Shown piece after piece: positions 9,749-22,915 of a stretch of DNA of 64,000 nucleotides (the first letter of the stretch is position 1; every line of letters begins with the position of its first letter). The stretch is from Octopus vulgaris (lineage: Eukaryota), in the NCBI GenBank assembly GCA_951406725.2, contig OX597814.1, positions 169,818,001-169,882,000 on the forward strand, in the 5' to 3' direction. The notes under the pieces were generated by a model. The model did not search any database, had not been told where the DNA came from, and saw only the letters and a list, made by a program, of their open reading frames with translations. The position numbers and the translations under genes were made by a program.

Positions 9749-10074
9749 CAGGGGGCTGGCTGCACCTATAACAAGCTGGCAGATGATCTGCCTGGGGTTA
9801 AAACGGTAGTAACATCAAACAGCCATATTGATGTGGCAATTAACTTTACTTGTTAGAACCCATTATTTGCCTGCAATAAAAAAAATTAGGAAGAAAAGTT
9901 AGTATTGAGGAAAAGTTACTCAACGACATGCATAATTAATTCAAGCAACCTATAGTAATTAATTAAAAGAATTATGTTAACATTTGCATTGTTTTCTGTA
10001 CAGCCCTTGTATATATTATGTGTGTGTGTGCGTGTGTGTGTGTGCGTGTGTGTTGTGTATGTGTGTGTGTTACA

Positions 10075-10245
10075 GGTGTAGGTGTGGCTGTGTGGTTAAG
10101 TAGTTTGCTTCACAACCACATGGTTTTGGGTTCAGTCTCACTGTGTGGTACCATCTTCAGCAAGTGTTTTTTTTTACAATAGCCCTGGGCTAGCTACAGC
10201 CTTATGAGTGAATTTGGTAGACAGAAACTGAAAGAAGTCTGTCGT
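10075..10245 (+). mobile_element. SINE family A 5' half
   Basis: A box (gtggctgtgtgg), B box (ggttcagtct), CORE-like segment, then a TG tract. Confidence 0.8.
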
Positions 10246-10410
10246 GTGTTTGTGTGTATGTGCATATGTTCTTGTGTGCTTGTGTGTTTGTGTGTGCATG
10301 TATGGTGTGTGTGCTTGTATGTTTGTGTGTGTGTGTATGATGAATGTGTGTATATGTGTGTGTGCTTGTGTTTGTGTGTTTGCATATGGAGTGTGTATGT
10401 GCGTGTGTGC

Positions 10411-10442
<32 letters not shown>

Positions 10443-10903
10443 ATGTGTGTGTGTGTGCTTGTGTGTGTGTGTGTGTGTGCTTGCATGTGTGTGCTTGTGT
10501 GTGTTGTGTGTGTGTGTGTGTTTGTGTAATTCATTTACAGTATGCTTCAAAGACACATCAGGTCTTTGACAAATATTACTGTGCTTGGAAACAGATAAAG
10601 TTTGATGACAGGAAGGGTATCCAGCCATAGAAAATCTACTTCAATAAAGTCTATTCAACCTATGGATATTAAAATGATAACGACAATCACAATGAAGATA
10701 ATGATGATATATATGTATATATTCATATGTATATACATATATATATAAACATACATACATACATACATATGAATGAGTGATCCTTCGACTCCTCTTGATC
10801 AATCAGTCTTCGTTACATGAGGTCAGCATAACTGGTTTATTATTATTATTATTGTTGTTGTTGTTGTTGTTGTTGTTGTTATTATTGTTATTGTTATTAT
10901 TAC

Positions 10904-10960
<57 letters not shown>

Positions 10961-11217
10961 CATTATTATCATCAATAGTAATATTACACAACAATCTGAA
11001 GCACTGAAACTAATTAGTGTCTAGTTTATAGAAGCAAAGAATAGAATTCTGTGCTAATTATTCATTGTCAGGTCATATATTGATTATGCTTATTACAAGT
11101 GACAAGATCAATAATTCATACACAGTTTCTCGGTGTTGTAAAGCAACCTGGACTACATATCTGTTTCCTGATGGCCATAGCTCTTTCTCTGCTATGTCAG
11201 CTAGCTGAGTCAAAAGA

Positions 11218-11965
11218 GGCTGGGTTGGTTGGTTGGTTGGCTTGTTGGTTGGCTTATTGGTTGGTTTGTTGGTTGGTTGGTTGGCCTGCTTGTTGGCTGG
11301 TTGGTTGATTGATTGGTTAGCTGGCTAGTTGGTTAGTTGATTGATTGGTTGGTTGGTTGGTTGGTTGGTTAGCTGGTTGGCTTGTTAGCTGGTTGGTTGG
11401 TTGGTTGGTTGGTTGGTTGGTTGGTTGGTTGGTTGATTGGTTGGTTGATTGGTTGGTTGGTTCGTTGGTTGGCTTGTTGGCTGGTTGGTTGGTTGATTGA
11501 TTGGTTAGCTGGTTGGTTTGCTGGTTGGCTTCTTGGCTGGTTGGTTGGTTGGTTGGCTTGCTGGTTGGCTGGTTGGTTGGTTGATTGGTTGGATGGTTAG
11601 ATGGTTGGCTGGTTGGCTGGATGATTGGTTGGTTGTTTGGTTTGCTGGTTGGTTGATTGGTTGGTTGGATGGAGGATTGCATGGTTGGCTGGATGATTGG
11701 TCGGTTGGTTGACTTGTTGGCTGGTTGGCTGGGTTGTTGGTTAGTTAGTTGGTTGGCTTGTTGATTGGTTGACTTGTTGCTTAGTTTGTTTGTTGGTTGG
11801 TTGACTTGCTGGCTGGTTGGCTGGCTGGGTAGCTGTGTGGCTGGCTGGTTGGCTGGCTGGTTGGTTGGTTGGCTGGTTGGTTGGTTGGCTGCTTGATTGG
11901 TTGTTTGGTTGGTTGGTTGGTTGGTTGGCCAGCTGGTTGGTTGGCTGGCTGGTCAGTTGATTGAT
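11218..11965. repeat. degenerate (TTGG)n/(CTGG)n tetranucleotide satellite
   Basis: ~750 bp of GGTT/GGCT/GATT units. Confidence 0.95.
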
Positions 11966-12334
11966 GACCAGCTGAAATCAGTTGGTGGTTCATATATTTG
12001 GTTGATAGACTTAATTTAACACCTGGGTTAACACCATGATCATCTGTTTAACACCAATGAAATCATATGATTGCAAGGTTTGGTATTACTGCACTGTATC
12101 TTGGGCAAGCATCTCAGTATCTTGCACAAGTGCCTGTCACCATAGACTCATATTGTGAGTGAAATTGGAGAAAGGTAAGTTGTGCAAATGTGTATCAAAT
12201 GCACTGTTTCTATTCTTGAATTTCAGGACAGATTGTAAGCATTCAAACTGGTTCCCCAGTCAGAAGACATCTTTTCTCCTTTCTCACTGTAATTTTGGAT
12301 GTCCTGAAAAATGTTTATTTTGGGGCACAAGTAT

Positions 12335-12765
12335 GACTGAGTGATAAGAAGTTTGCATCCCAGCCACACAATTTCAGGTTCAGTCCCACTATGTGGTATT
12401 TTGGGCAAGTGACTTCTACTATAGCCTTGGGATAATCAAAGCTCAAGTGCAGATGTATTTTACTATAGCCTTGGGCTGACCAAAGCCTTGTGAGTGGATT
12501 CAGTAGAAAGAAAACTAAATAAGTCTGGCATGTAAAAAGCACCATTCAAGCGTGGTTGATACCAATATTGCTTGACTGGCCCTCATGCCAGTGGCACGTA
12601 AAAAGTACCTATGACATTCTTGGAGTGATTGACATTAGGAAGAGCATCCAGCTGTAGAAACCCTGCCAGATCAGATTGGAGCCTGGTACAGCCTTCTGTC
12701 TTGCCAGTCCAACCCATGCCAGCATGGAAAGCAGATGTTTAACAACAATGACGATGATAATGATA
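12335..12765 (+). mobile_element. SINE family A 5' half followed by family C 3' part
   Basis: Family A head and CORE, then ggcatgtaaaaagcacc...gcatggaaagcagatgtttaac and a GAT tail. Confidence 0.7.
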
Positions 12766-12767
12766 TA

Positions 12768-12955
12768 TATAGGGAGAATTCACGAAAAAAACAAAAGATG
12801 AAGACAGGTGGAGTAGAAAACAAACAGATGTATTAATATACTGCTCAGAAATTGAAAAAGTCTTTTATGTTTCGAGCCTATGCTCTTCTATGGAAAGAAA
12901 CACAGAAAGAAACAAGGAGAGAAAAAAATGAAAAAATGTGTGTAGTGGCTACTGA
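12768..12955 (-). mobile_element. family F pseudo-LTR fragment with degenerate hammerhead
   Basis: Minus: tcttt-CCATAGA-a-gagc-atag-gctc-GAAA-cata-aaaga; flanked by TA repeats. Confidence 0.6.
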
Positions 12956-13271
12956 TATATATATATATAGTGTAATAAATAAAATATATGCATACATACA
13001 TACTTATATGTATGTACCTACATCTACATGTATATATACATGCATATATGAATATATATACGTGTGTACAGGACCCCACAAATAGACGTAGAACTCAACA
13101 AGAAATGAAAACGTAAAAAGAAGCATGGAACAGACATTATTTTACAACGAAAAACAGAGTACAAGACAAACTACACAAGGAAAAATCCCCTTCATCAGCT
13201 GTCCCTAGTTCAACTCCAGCATGTTTCGAAGGTGAGGACAGATATATATATATATATATATATACATATAT

Positions 13272-13310
<39 letters not shown>

Positions 13311-13552
13311 CGTATGTGTGTGAGTGTATGTGTGTGTGTGTGTGCTTGTGTTTGTTTATATTCCCATAACTAACCAATTCAGCCAAAGAGATCAATGGAA
13401 TAAGGGTGAGACTTTAGAAAAATAAGTACAGGAGTTGATTCCTTTGACTAATCTCATTAAGGTGGTGCCCCACTGACAGAAACAAATAAAACAAGAAAAT
13501 TGCAGATAGTGGTGTCAAATGTGGCATCATACAGTTCTATATATGTGGTGAA

Positions 13553-13913
13553 AGACTCTGTCGGTTACGACGACGAGGGTTCCGGTTGATCTGAATCAAC
13601 GGAACAGCCTGCTCGTGAAATTTACGTGTAAGTGGCTGAGCACTCCACAGACACGTGTACCCTTAACGTAGTTCTCGGGGATATTCAGCGTGACACAGAG
13701 AGTGACAAGGCCGGCCCTTTAAAATACAGGTACAACAGAAACAGGAAGTAAGAGTGAGAGAAAGTTGTGGTGAAAGAGTACAGCAGGGATCACCACCATC
13801 CCCTGCCGGAGCCTCGTGGAGCTTTAGGTGTTTTCGCTCAATAAACACTCACAACACCCGGTCTGGGAATCGAAACCGCGAGTCCGCTGCCCTAACCACT
13901 GGGCCATTGCGTC
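13553..13913 (-). mobile_element. tRNA-derived SINE family E, near full length
   Basis: Minus head gcaatggcccagtggttagggcagcggactcgcgg..tttcgattccc (A and B boxes); nearly identical to 48249-48627. Confidence 0.85.
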
Positions 13914-14096
13914 TTCTATATATAAGAGATGAGGAATTATGTACATTATTTACATTATTTACATTCAACGAATATTTGTCCTCATCTTGTTTGTTGTTAA
14001 CACAACGTTTCGGCTGATATACCCTCCAGCTTTCTTCAGGTGTCTTGGGGAAATTTCGAACCTGGGTTCTCATTCCTAAGGTATTTTTCGATGTTA
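13914..14096 (-). mobile_element. Penelope pseudo-LTR fragment
   Basis: Reverse complement of 31685-31848, which lies downstream of a GIY-YIG ORF remnant. Confidence 0.8.
13999..14044 (-). ncRNA. minimal type I hammerhead in Penelope pseudo-LTR
   Basis: GACAC-CUGAAGA-A-AGCUG-(loop)-CAGCC-GAAA-CG-UU-GUGUU. Confidence 0.7.
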
Positions 14097-14334
14097 TAAA
14101 ATTTTAGGAAAATAAGAATGAGAAATAAGTGGAAATTTTACTGATGAATGTGTTACATTATAAGGGACAAAAAGAAAATGACTCTCCCCAGACACAACAG
14201 AATATGGTTGTTATATTTTTTTGATAGCATAATAGGTTAGATAGGATGATGTCTATATTACAATATTAAAATAACCAATATGTTGTGCATGTAGAGTAAT
14301 ATTATGATCAAGAAATTAGCATTAGCTTATCTCA

Positions 14335-14431
14335 GTCTTTCTTGTGGAACCCCTAGGAAGCTTTTGTGGAACTCCTGGGAAGCTTTTGTGGAACCCTAGG
14401 GTTTCGGGGGAACCCCAGCTGAGAAACACTG
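14335..14431. mobile_element. hAT-like MITE end
   Basis: Repeated gtggaacccc units ending in ...gaaccccagctgagaaacactg, typical of hAT-type termini. Confidence 0.4.
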
Positions 14432-15094
14432 CGTTACACACTCACACACATACATTCCGCATAAAGAATCTAAGCAACAGGACAAACTAAAAACACACAA
14501 CTGTATCTACACAGAATCTTAGAGGAAGTCTCAACATGGTTTCTCAATCTACTAGAAATAGCAGCCATATTATTGCAATGTTACTTATCATAGTTATTGC
14601 TCATTAAAACTAAAGAGAAACAAAACCACTACCAGCAGCAGCAGCAGCACCACCACCACCACCACCTCCACCACCAGCAACAACAGCAACAACAACTCAA
14701 GTGACTCCTTGCCCCGCCCCTACATCTGAAATTATGCTGTTAAACATTGACTTGACCTTGCAGCATATAAATTATAGGGTAAGCCAACACTGTACAGTCT
14801 CTTCTGACATTAACAATAGCCACAGTAATAACAAAAGAAGTGAAAAGGATGGTGGGCAGGCTGTTCCCTAAAACCACTTTTGGCAGATAGTGATCAGTTG
14901 ATAATTTCCCTAAGGCTCACTTTTATTTATTAATTTATTTCTTGGGTCACCAAATTCAGCTTGCCAGTCTGCCACTTTGGCAGCTAGTCTGTTTTATTCC
15001 CTCTCCCACTCTCTCTCCCCCCTCTCTCTCTCTCTCACACATACACACACACTGTGTATATATACTTATCTATCTGTCTATGTATCATCTGCTC

Positions 15095-15181
<87 letters not shown>

Positions 15182-15183
15182 AA
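15095..15183. repeat. (ATCT)n microsatellite
   Basis: Perfect tetranucleotide run. Confidence 0.95.
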
Positions 15184-15679
15184 TCTTTCTCTCCCCCTCT
15201 CTCTCTCTCTCTATATGTATATATATATATGTATGTATGTATATATATTAGTCTGTCTGTCGTTCTATTTGCCTTTTGTACTTGATATCTAAAGAAATTT
15301 ATATAAGTAAAATAAATGGTTTTCAGTAACAAAGAGAGGGGGGAGAGGGGAGAGCGGGGAGAGGGGAGAGAGAGAATCTTATTAGTCCATCTTCAATTTT
15401 CAAACAGGAAAGAAAAAAAATATGTACCTCGCCATGAACTGACAAAGCTAGAAGTATGCCAGAAAAATATTATTAATGAGAATCATTAGTGTGCTGAATA
15501 AAATATCTAATAGTATTTTAGTTAAGACCCTTTAAATTCTGAATTCAAATTCCGTTGAGATCCACTTTGCATGTCATCCTTCCAGGAGCAATAAAATAAA
15601 GCACCAATCAGGTACAGGGTCCAATTTAATCAACCATAATGCAGTCTCAAAATTTGCAGATCCTTTGGTCATGAATGAC

Positions 15680-15990
15680 CATGGGATTGCACTGAGCAAG
15701 TTCCCCTCCAAGGCAAAAGTCCCAGCAAGGTTGTTTATAGACGACCAGCAGTCGCCCATGCAAATCAACCTCTCCTCTCCATGCCACCAATGTTGTCCAA
15801 TATAGCTTGGACAATACAGCTTGGTGCCAGTGATGTCACAACTCATTTCTACGGCTGAGTGAACTGGAGCAACATGAAATAAAGTGACTTGCTCTAGGAC
15901 ACAACATACTTTCCAGTCTGGGAATCGAATTCACTACCTCATGATTGTGAGCCCAACGTTTTAACCACTAAGCCATGTGCCTTCACCATA
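15680..15990 (-). mobile_element. tRNA-derived SINE family D
   Basis: Minus head gaaggcacatggcttagtggttaa...ttcgattccc, then gtgtcctagagcaagtcactttatttca...ccagttcactcagc. Confidence 0.7.
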
Positions 15991-16594
15991 CCAATATTAC
16001 AAATCAATATATTCTTTTATATTCGGAATCCCAAACCCACACAATGTGTCAGCTCTGTCTTTTATCTCTCAGAGCAATACCACATCACTTCCCTTTCAAC
16101 AAGTGGTATTTATGCTTTAGTAAGAAATCATTAAACTAACTCAACCAAACAGAAAGTACCATCATAAATCTTGCCATTCACAAATTCAAGATAACCACCA
16201 TACAGTTCCAAAGAAGTCTTAAACATATAATGATTATTAACACAACCATTCTTTTACATCAGTCATTTCCTTGGAATCTGGATTTTACCCTTATTCTTAA
16301 TCAGAATCATGTTTTCATTTTCAAGCGTGTACTTTTAATATGTCAGACTAACAGACTAATTCTATAATCATATAAATTCTAGCAGGAATTTATTTGCTGA
16401 AGTCATGGAGTCATGTGTACAGTTAACAAGACATTCCATAATTCCGATATTAAATTATTCCAATAGTTTTCAAATGTATTTGTGTGGTTTCTCTAGATGG
16501 CCAAGAAAACAATTAGCTTCATCCTCTTCCTTCTTCTCCTTCTTTTTCTCATTGCTGTTGATTTTATTATAATAATAATAATAATAATAATGAA

Positions 16595-16650
<56 letters not shown>

Positions 16651-16651
16651 C

Positions 16652-17184
16652 AATGCCCTGATGCAGAACCAGGCAGTGAGTTTCCATGGCTTCTCATCTT
16701 AACTGATTGGAAGTGTTATCATGTACATTGTTTTGTCTTGGTATAAAAGATGGGCTACAGCAAATATTCTGCTCAATACCACAGATTTGCTTGTCAGTTG
16801 ATTGACCATAATTAGCTGAGCATGTCCTTTAGTGGCTGATGATATGTACAACTCTGATCACAAGCAGAAGCAGTGGGGGAACATTGTAGCCATGTGTTGA
16901 GAGAAATTCTTAGAGGTTTGGATAATTCACCTCCGGAAACATGGGTGTTTCGTTCAACATCCTTAAACAACAATGGGATGGGATACTTGACCTAAAAAAA
17001 ATTCTAACTGGGCCTCCACCTGCACGGTCATGTGCTGTTTATGTTGATTTGAGATCACCATGTCGTGCACATGTAATGCATGTGCCTGGTGTACCCTTAT
17101 CAGATGGGTAGTCATGATGGGTATACTGGGCTTCGTTTATTTCACCCCAGTACCATTTTGATGAAATGCAGTGTGCTCTCACTC
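16652..17184 (+). mobile_element. ~540-bp non-coding interspersed element inserted in (TAA)n
   Basis: Co-terminal reverse-complement copy at 21176-21731; both are flanked on each side by TAA-type repeats; no ORF, TIR or Pol III boxes seen. Strand assigned by analogy with the R4 copies. Confidence 0.75.
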
Positions 17185-17750
17185 AACAACAACAACAATA
17201 ATAATAATAATAATAATAATAATGATAATAATTAATTTTTTTATTGGCCACAAGGGCTGACAAAAATTAATTATAACATAAAGGGACAAAACACAGGACG
17301 AAAGTTACAAAGGGTTTTGTCCGTTTGTAAAATCTGAGAAAAAACAGTTTAACAACGAAAAAACTCCGAATAAGGGGAGGTGATATAATAATAATAAACA
17401 CATACTCAAGGCACACAGAGCTGCGCTCGGTAGTGAAGAGAAAGCACACTATAAAAATGAAATTACTGAATAATAATAATAACAACAATAATCGTTCCTG
17501 CTATAGACACAAGGCCAACAATTTCAGGGAGGGAAAAAGTTGGTTACAACCTCAGTATTCAACTGGTACTTATTTTATTGAGCTCAAAAGGATGAAAGGT
17601 AAAATCAACCTTGGCAAAATTTGAATTAAAAATGTGAAGATGGACAAAATACTGCTTGCTGAGTTAACAATTCTGCCAGCTTGCCATGTTAAGCGTTTCA
17701 ACTGCCTCCCCAAGGATTTTGCCAATGCACCACTCTAATAGTTGTTATGA

Positions 17751-17784
<34 letters not shown>

Positions 17785-18409
17785 GCTGCTGCTGTTGTTG
17801 TTGTTAAGCAACAAGACGGGTAAGGGTGATTAGGTGATGGTCTAGGGCTTAGGGGCAGGAGACCCCAGACCTTGGAAAATAAAAAAACTTTGGTCGTCTT
17901 GTTGTAGTCGAGGTCTCTTCGTTGATGCCCGATACTACTGGGAGGTGGCCCTCGAAGTCACTGGAAATGGAGATCTTCAGCTCCAAGTTCTTGAACGGCT
18001 GCTGCTGCTGCTGCTGCTGGTGCTGGTGGTGCTGGTGGTGGTGATGATGATAATGATGATGATAAAAAGAGTAAAAATGATTTTAAAATCCAGTATGAAT
18101 GCATGAAATCTAGTCACTGCAATGAATATCTGGGCAGTTGCAGTGGTTAGATATAGTGCATCCATTCTCAGATGAACTGAAAATGAGAAATCAAAGTTAG
18201 ATTGAAAGACAAGAAAGTTAATGACATTGTATGGGCCTTTACAATCTAAAGCAAATATAAATACATGAAGAGAAAAAATAGTGGCAGAGGTATCATCTGT
18301 GTGGAGTATTGTATAAAATGTGAAAGGCGAATACTTGCAGAATATTTGCTAAACAGTGATGAAGAGGTGCTGCAATATGCAAAAGAAGACATGAGTATAA
18401 ATGCAGATG

Positions 18410-18617
18410 AAATTTCGAGATGCTTTGTGTTTCTTTCAGTTATTTTAAATATAACAAATAATTCAGTAAAATAACTTAGTTATCATTAAGTTAGTGTTAG
18501 GAAGATAAATTGTGACTAAGGTTCAGTGGAAGATTTTAATTCAAAACTTATGAAAACAAGACATTTGTACTACAGATTCAGAGCTGGTTTCAGCCAGGTT
18601 GGTAATGAAAGGGTTAA
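18410..18617. mobile_element. piggyBac-type MITE (one end truncated)
   Basis: Reverse complement of ~49589-49795; ends GAAAGGG-TTAA. Confidence 0.7.
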
Positions 18618-18809
18618 CCAAAGAGTTGAAGAGAAGAGAAAAGATCTGAAAATGAGAATGCCTGGTCAGTGTAAAAGTGATACACAGTATATCAAGGACA
18701 AAACAACATCAAGGACATGGTTTAAGCAAGTCAGTTTGAACAAGGCACTGAAAGTTTTGTAATTTCAGTACAAGACCAATACAGTGAAGTATTTTATTTA
18801 TTTATTTAT

Positions 18810-19072
18810 ATGCCCTTTTCAAGCCTAGCCAGGCTCATAGGCCCAGTTTCCCAGTTTCTATGGTGTGTGTGTTCCCACCAGCTGGACGGGATGCCAGTAA
18901 ATCACAGCATTACTCAAGAAACAGGAAGAAAGAGTGAGAGAAAGTTGGGGTGGAAGAGTACAACAGGGGTCATCACCACCCCCTGCTGGAGCTTCTTGGA
19001 GCTTTAGGTATTTTTGCTCAATAAACACACACAACGCCCAGTCTAGGAATTGAAACCGCGATCCTCCGTCTG
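18810..19072 (-). mobile_element. SINE family E variant with a different 3' tail
   Basis: 18915-19070 matches 13737-13880. Confidence 0.7.
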
Positions 19073-19739
19073 TGAACAATGAAGTATAACATCTATAAAA
19101 TTTCTGACACCCAGAAATGCAGAACGTGGAAACTGTAACCCATTTGGTAAATGGATGTGAAAGCCTTGCACAAAAAGAATACAAGCAATGCCATGATAAA
19201 GTTTGTTTGTACCTTCAATGGCTTTTATTTTGTAAATGCTAGTATGAAGTAACAAAGAATTGGTATGAGCAGGTGCCTAGTAATGTAATGCATGACGAAG
19301 GGAAAGCAATGATATTCTGAGATTACAATTTTCTAATTGATAGAGTAATTGCGCATCGCTGCCTGAATGTGGTTGTGTAGAACAAGAGAGACAAATGCTG
19401 TCAAATCATTGACATAACCATGCCAAATGACATGAATATCTTTAATAAAGTGGTTTTAAAAAATCACCAAGTACTTCAAACTGAAAGTGGAATTAGAATG
19501 ACAATTTGGAATACAAGAGGGTAATGAAAAGGTGATATCAGCTGTAATTGGGGTCATTAGGATCAAAACCCTTGAAACTTCAAAACTTCTTAAAGCAGTT
19601 GGGAATACTATTCAAGATTGGTGTCATACAAAAATAAGCCTTTTTAAGTACTGCACACATTTTACCTGTCTGAGGTTCTTGATGTGTCTTGACAGAAGAT
19701 TAAATGCTCTGGTGCATTTTGCATAATAATTCTTTATAC

Positions 19740-19933
19740 TATCCTTTTATTTGTTTCAGTCATTTGACTGTGGCCATGCTGGAGCACCAACTTTAGTTGA
19801 AGAAATCGACCCCAGGACTCATTCTTTGTAAGTCTAGCACTTATTCTATCGGTCTCTTCTGCTAAGTTATGGGAATGTAAACACATCAGCATCGGTTGTC
19901 AAGCAATGGTGGGGGACAAACACAGGCACACAA

Positions 19934-19997
<64 letters not shown>

Positions 19998-19998
19998 C

Positions 19999-20051
<53 letters not shown>

Positions 20052-20245
20052 AGAGAGAGAGAGAGAGAGAGATAGATAGATATATATATATGATGGGCTT
20101 CTTTCAGTTTCTGTCTACCAAATCCACTCACAAGACTTTGGTCATCCTGAGGATATAGTAGAAGACACTTGCCCAAGGTTCCATGCAGTGGGACTGAACC
20201 CAGAACCACATAGTTAGTAGCCAAGCTACTTAGCACATAGCCCCT
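19740..20245 (-). mobile_element. SINE family A, full length with internal TA/GA expansion
   Basis: tRNA head, CORE, microsatellite and the 3' module ...gctccagcatggccacagtcaaatgactgaaacaa. Confidence 0.85.
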
Positions 20246-20675
20246 CATGAAATTTATTTGTAAGGGCAGGCACTATTTGATAACATTGACCCCAGTACTT
20301 GACTGGTACTTATTTCACCAACTCCAAAAAGATGAAAGGCAAAGTCAACCTCAGCAGAATTTGAACTCAAAACCATAAGAATGGATGAAATGCTGCCAAG
20401 CATTTTGCCCAGTTTACTAATGTTTCTGCCAGCTTGCCACCATATAATGATAATTATTATTATTGTTGTTATTATTATTATTAATATCATTATTGTTGTT
20501 GTTGTTGTTGTTGTTGTTATTATTATTATTATTCCACTGAGGTCAACTTTACTTTTCATTCTTTCAGGATCGATAAAGTAAGAAGTACTGGGGTCGATGT
20601 AATTGATTATCCTCCCTTCCCAAATTCTAGGCCTTGTGCCTATAGTGGAAAGGATTATCATTATTGTTATTGTTA

Positions 20676-20715
<40 letters not shown>

Positions 20716-20774
20716 CATTATCATCATCATCATCATTATTATTTAAGGCAGCGAGCTGACAGAATCATTATCAC

Positions 20775-20927
20775 ATCATCATCATCATCATTGTTTGACC
20801 GTGGTCGAGACAATGGAATTTACCAAGCTACGCCAGACTTCACGGTCCATCATGGCATTACGGAGGTCCTGTTGCTAGATGCCTGTATCCCTGGAGATTA
20901 CATCAGGGTAGGAGAGTGTGTGCCCTC
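20775..20927 (-). mobile_element. RTE-X-like LINE 3' end nested in a family B SINE head
   Basis: Minus: LSYPDVISRDTGI*QQDLRNAMMDREVWRSLVNSI followed by a (TGA)n tail. Confidence 0.65.
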
Positions 20928-21122
20928 CACGCCAGGCAAAATGCTTAGAGGCATTTTGTCTGTCACCACGTTCTGAGTTCAAATACTTTTCATCCTTTCG
21001 GGGTCGATAAAATAAGTACCAGTTGAGTACTGTTGTTGATGTAATTGACTTACACCTTCCCCCAAAATTTCAGGTCTTATGCCTATAGTAGAAAGGATTA
21101 TTATTATTATTATTGTTATTGA

Positions 21123-21175
<53 letters not shown>

Positions 21176-21176
<1 letters not shown>

Positions 21177-21731
21177 GTGAGAGAGCAGTGCATGCCATCA
21201 AAGTGACACTGGGGTAAAATATACAAAGCCCGGTAAACACATCATGACTACCCGTCTGATAAGGGTACACTAGGCACATGCATCACAATCATATGTGCAC
21301 GACATGGTGATCTCATATCAAGATAAACAGCACATGACCTTGCAGGTGGGGCCCAATTAGAATTTTTTTCTGGTCGAGTAACCCATCCTGCTCAAAATGT
21401 CCCTGAATAAAGGTTGTTTAAGGATGTTGAACAAAACACCCATGTTTCCAGAGGTGAATTATTCAAATCCCAAAGAATCCTTCTCAACACATGGCTATGA
21501 TGCTCCCCAACTACTTCTGCTCATGATCAGAGATGCACATGTCATCAGCCACTAGGGGACATGCTCAACTGGTTAAGGCCAAACAACTGACAAGCAAATT
21601 TGTGGTATTGAGCAGAATATTTGCTGTGGCCCATCTTTTATACCAAGATAAAACAATGTACATGATAACATTTCCAATCAGTTAAGATGAGCAGCCATGA
21701 GAGCCACTGCCTGGTACTGCATCAGGGCATT
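21176..21731 (-). mobile_element. second copy of the ~540-bp TAA-embedded element
   Basis: Reverse-complement homolog of 16652-17184, flanked by (TTA)n on both sides. Confidence 0.75.
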
Positions 21732-21752
21732 TATTATTATTATTATTATTAC

Positions 21753-21826
<74 letters not shown>

Positions 21827-22494
21827 TGAAGGCATTTTTCTAGTCTCTTTAAGATATGATTTATTCAAGCATTAGCAAAGGTAATTTTCTTTGGAGTACT
21901 TGTAAGAAGACTTGTAATTACCTAAGGAAAGCTTGTCCTTAATACCTGAAGGTAGACATTAAAAAAAATGGCTTGGTTTTGCAAACATCTAAAATTTTAT
22001 TTACCCACATTATATTTTCACATCAAAAATGGCTATCACATATAAATAATTACTCTACACAACAGAACATTACAATGGCTTGAAAAACAACATGAAATTA
22101 AAAAACACAATTAAATGTATAAAAAAGCAGAATAAAACGAGCACTTTAGAGAACATTCAATTGAGGTAATGCCTATAAATGCCCATATAAATAATGTGGA
22201 AGACACAGACAGTAATAACAACAATAGCAGTAGCAACTATTTGACAATACCAAACCTTACCTCAATGCAAAATGAACTGATGGAAATTTAAGATCTATTC
22301 ACAGTTACAACATCAAAAATAGAAAAGGGGAAACAATGTGAAAGGGGAATTATTTTATGAAACCAAACAGCATTTCTTTACCATAGATGATAATCCAGAA
22401 GGAGAAGAGAAAAATTACATACCTCCGTTTATGGAAAATTGGAAATGGATTTCATTTTCCCTCATGTCAACATATATTTGTTTTTTCCTTTTGT

Positions 22495-22915
22495 TCTTTT
22501 ATTCTTTTACTTGTTTCAGTCATTTGATTGTGGCCATGCTGGAGCACCACCTTAAAGAGTTTTTCAGTCGAAGAAATCGCTCCAGGATTATTCTTTGTAA
22601 GCCTAGAACTGATTCTATCAGTCTCTTTTGCTGAAACGCTAAGTTACGGGGAAATAACATGCTGACATCAGTTGTCAAGCGATGGTGGTGGGATGGACAC
22701 AGACACAAAGACACACACAAACATAAGTATATATGCATATATATATGTGTGTGCTTCTTTCAGTTTCTTCCAACCAAATCCACTCACAAGGCTTTGGTTG
22801 GCCCAAGGCTATAGTAGAGGACACTTACTCGAGGTGCCACACAGTGAGACTGAACTCGGAATCATGTGGTTGGGAAGCAAGCTTCTTACCACACATCCAC
22901 GTTTGCACCTATGTG
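22495..22915 (-). mobile_element. SINE family A, full length
   Basis: Same modules as 58975-59368. Confidence 0.85.

Larger units (their letters stand above)
18080..19725 (+). mobile_element. degenerate R4-type LINE interrupted by a MITE and a SINE
   Basis: YMKRKNSGRGIICVE...LAEYLLNSDE; later ETVTHLVNGCESLAQKEYK.CHDKV and IF.DYNFLIDRVIAHRCLNVVV..CCQIIDITMPNDMN; SAVIGVIR. Confidence 0.7.

Noticed and set aside
11317-11993. PTNQ-repeat mucin-like ORFs
   Set aside because: Translation of the (TTGG)n satellite.
13170-13242. Possible permuted hammerhead on minus (GAAACAUG...CUGAUGA)
   Set aside because: No stem I pairing in a type II register and no GAAA after stem II in a type III register; at best a decayed relic.
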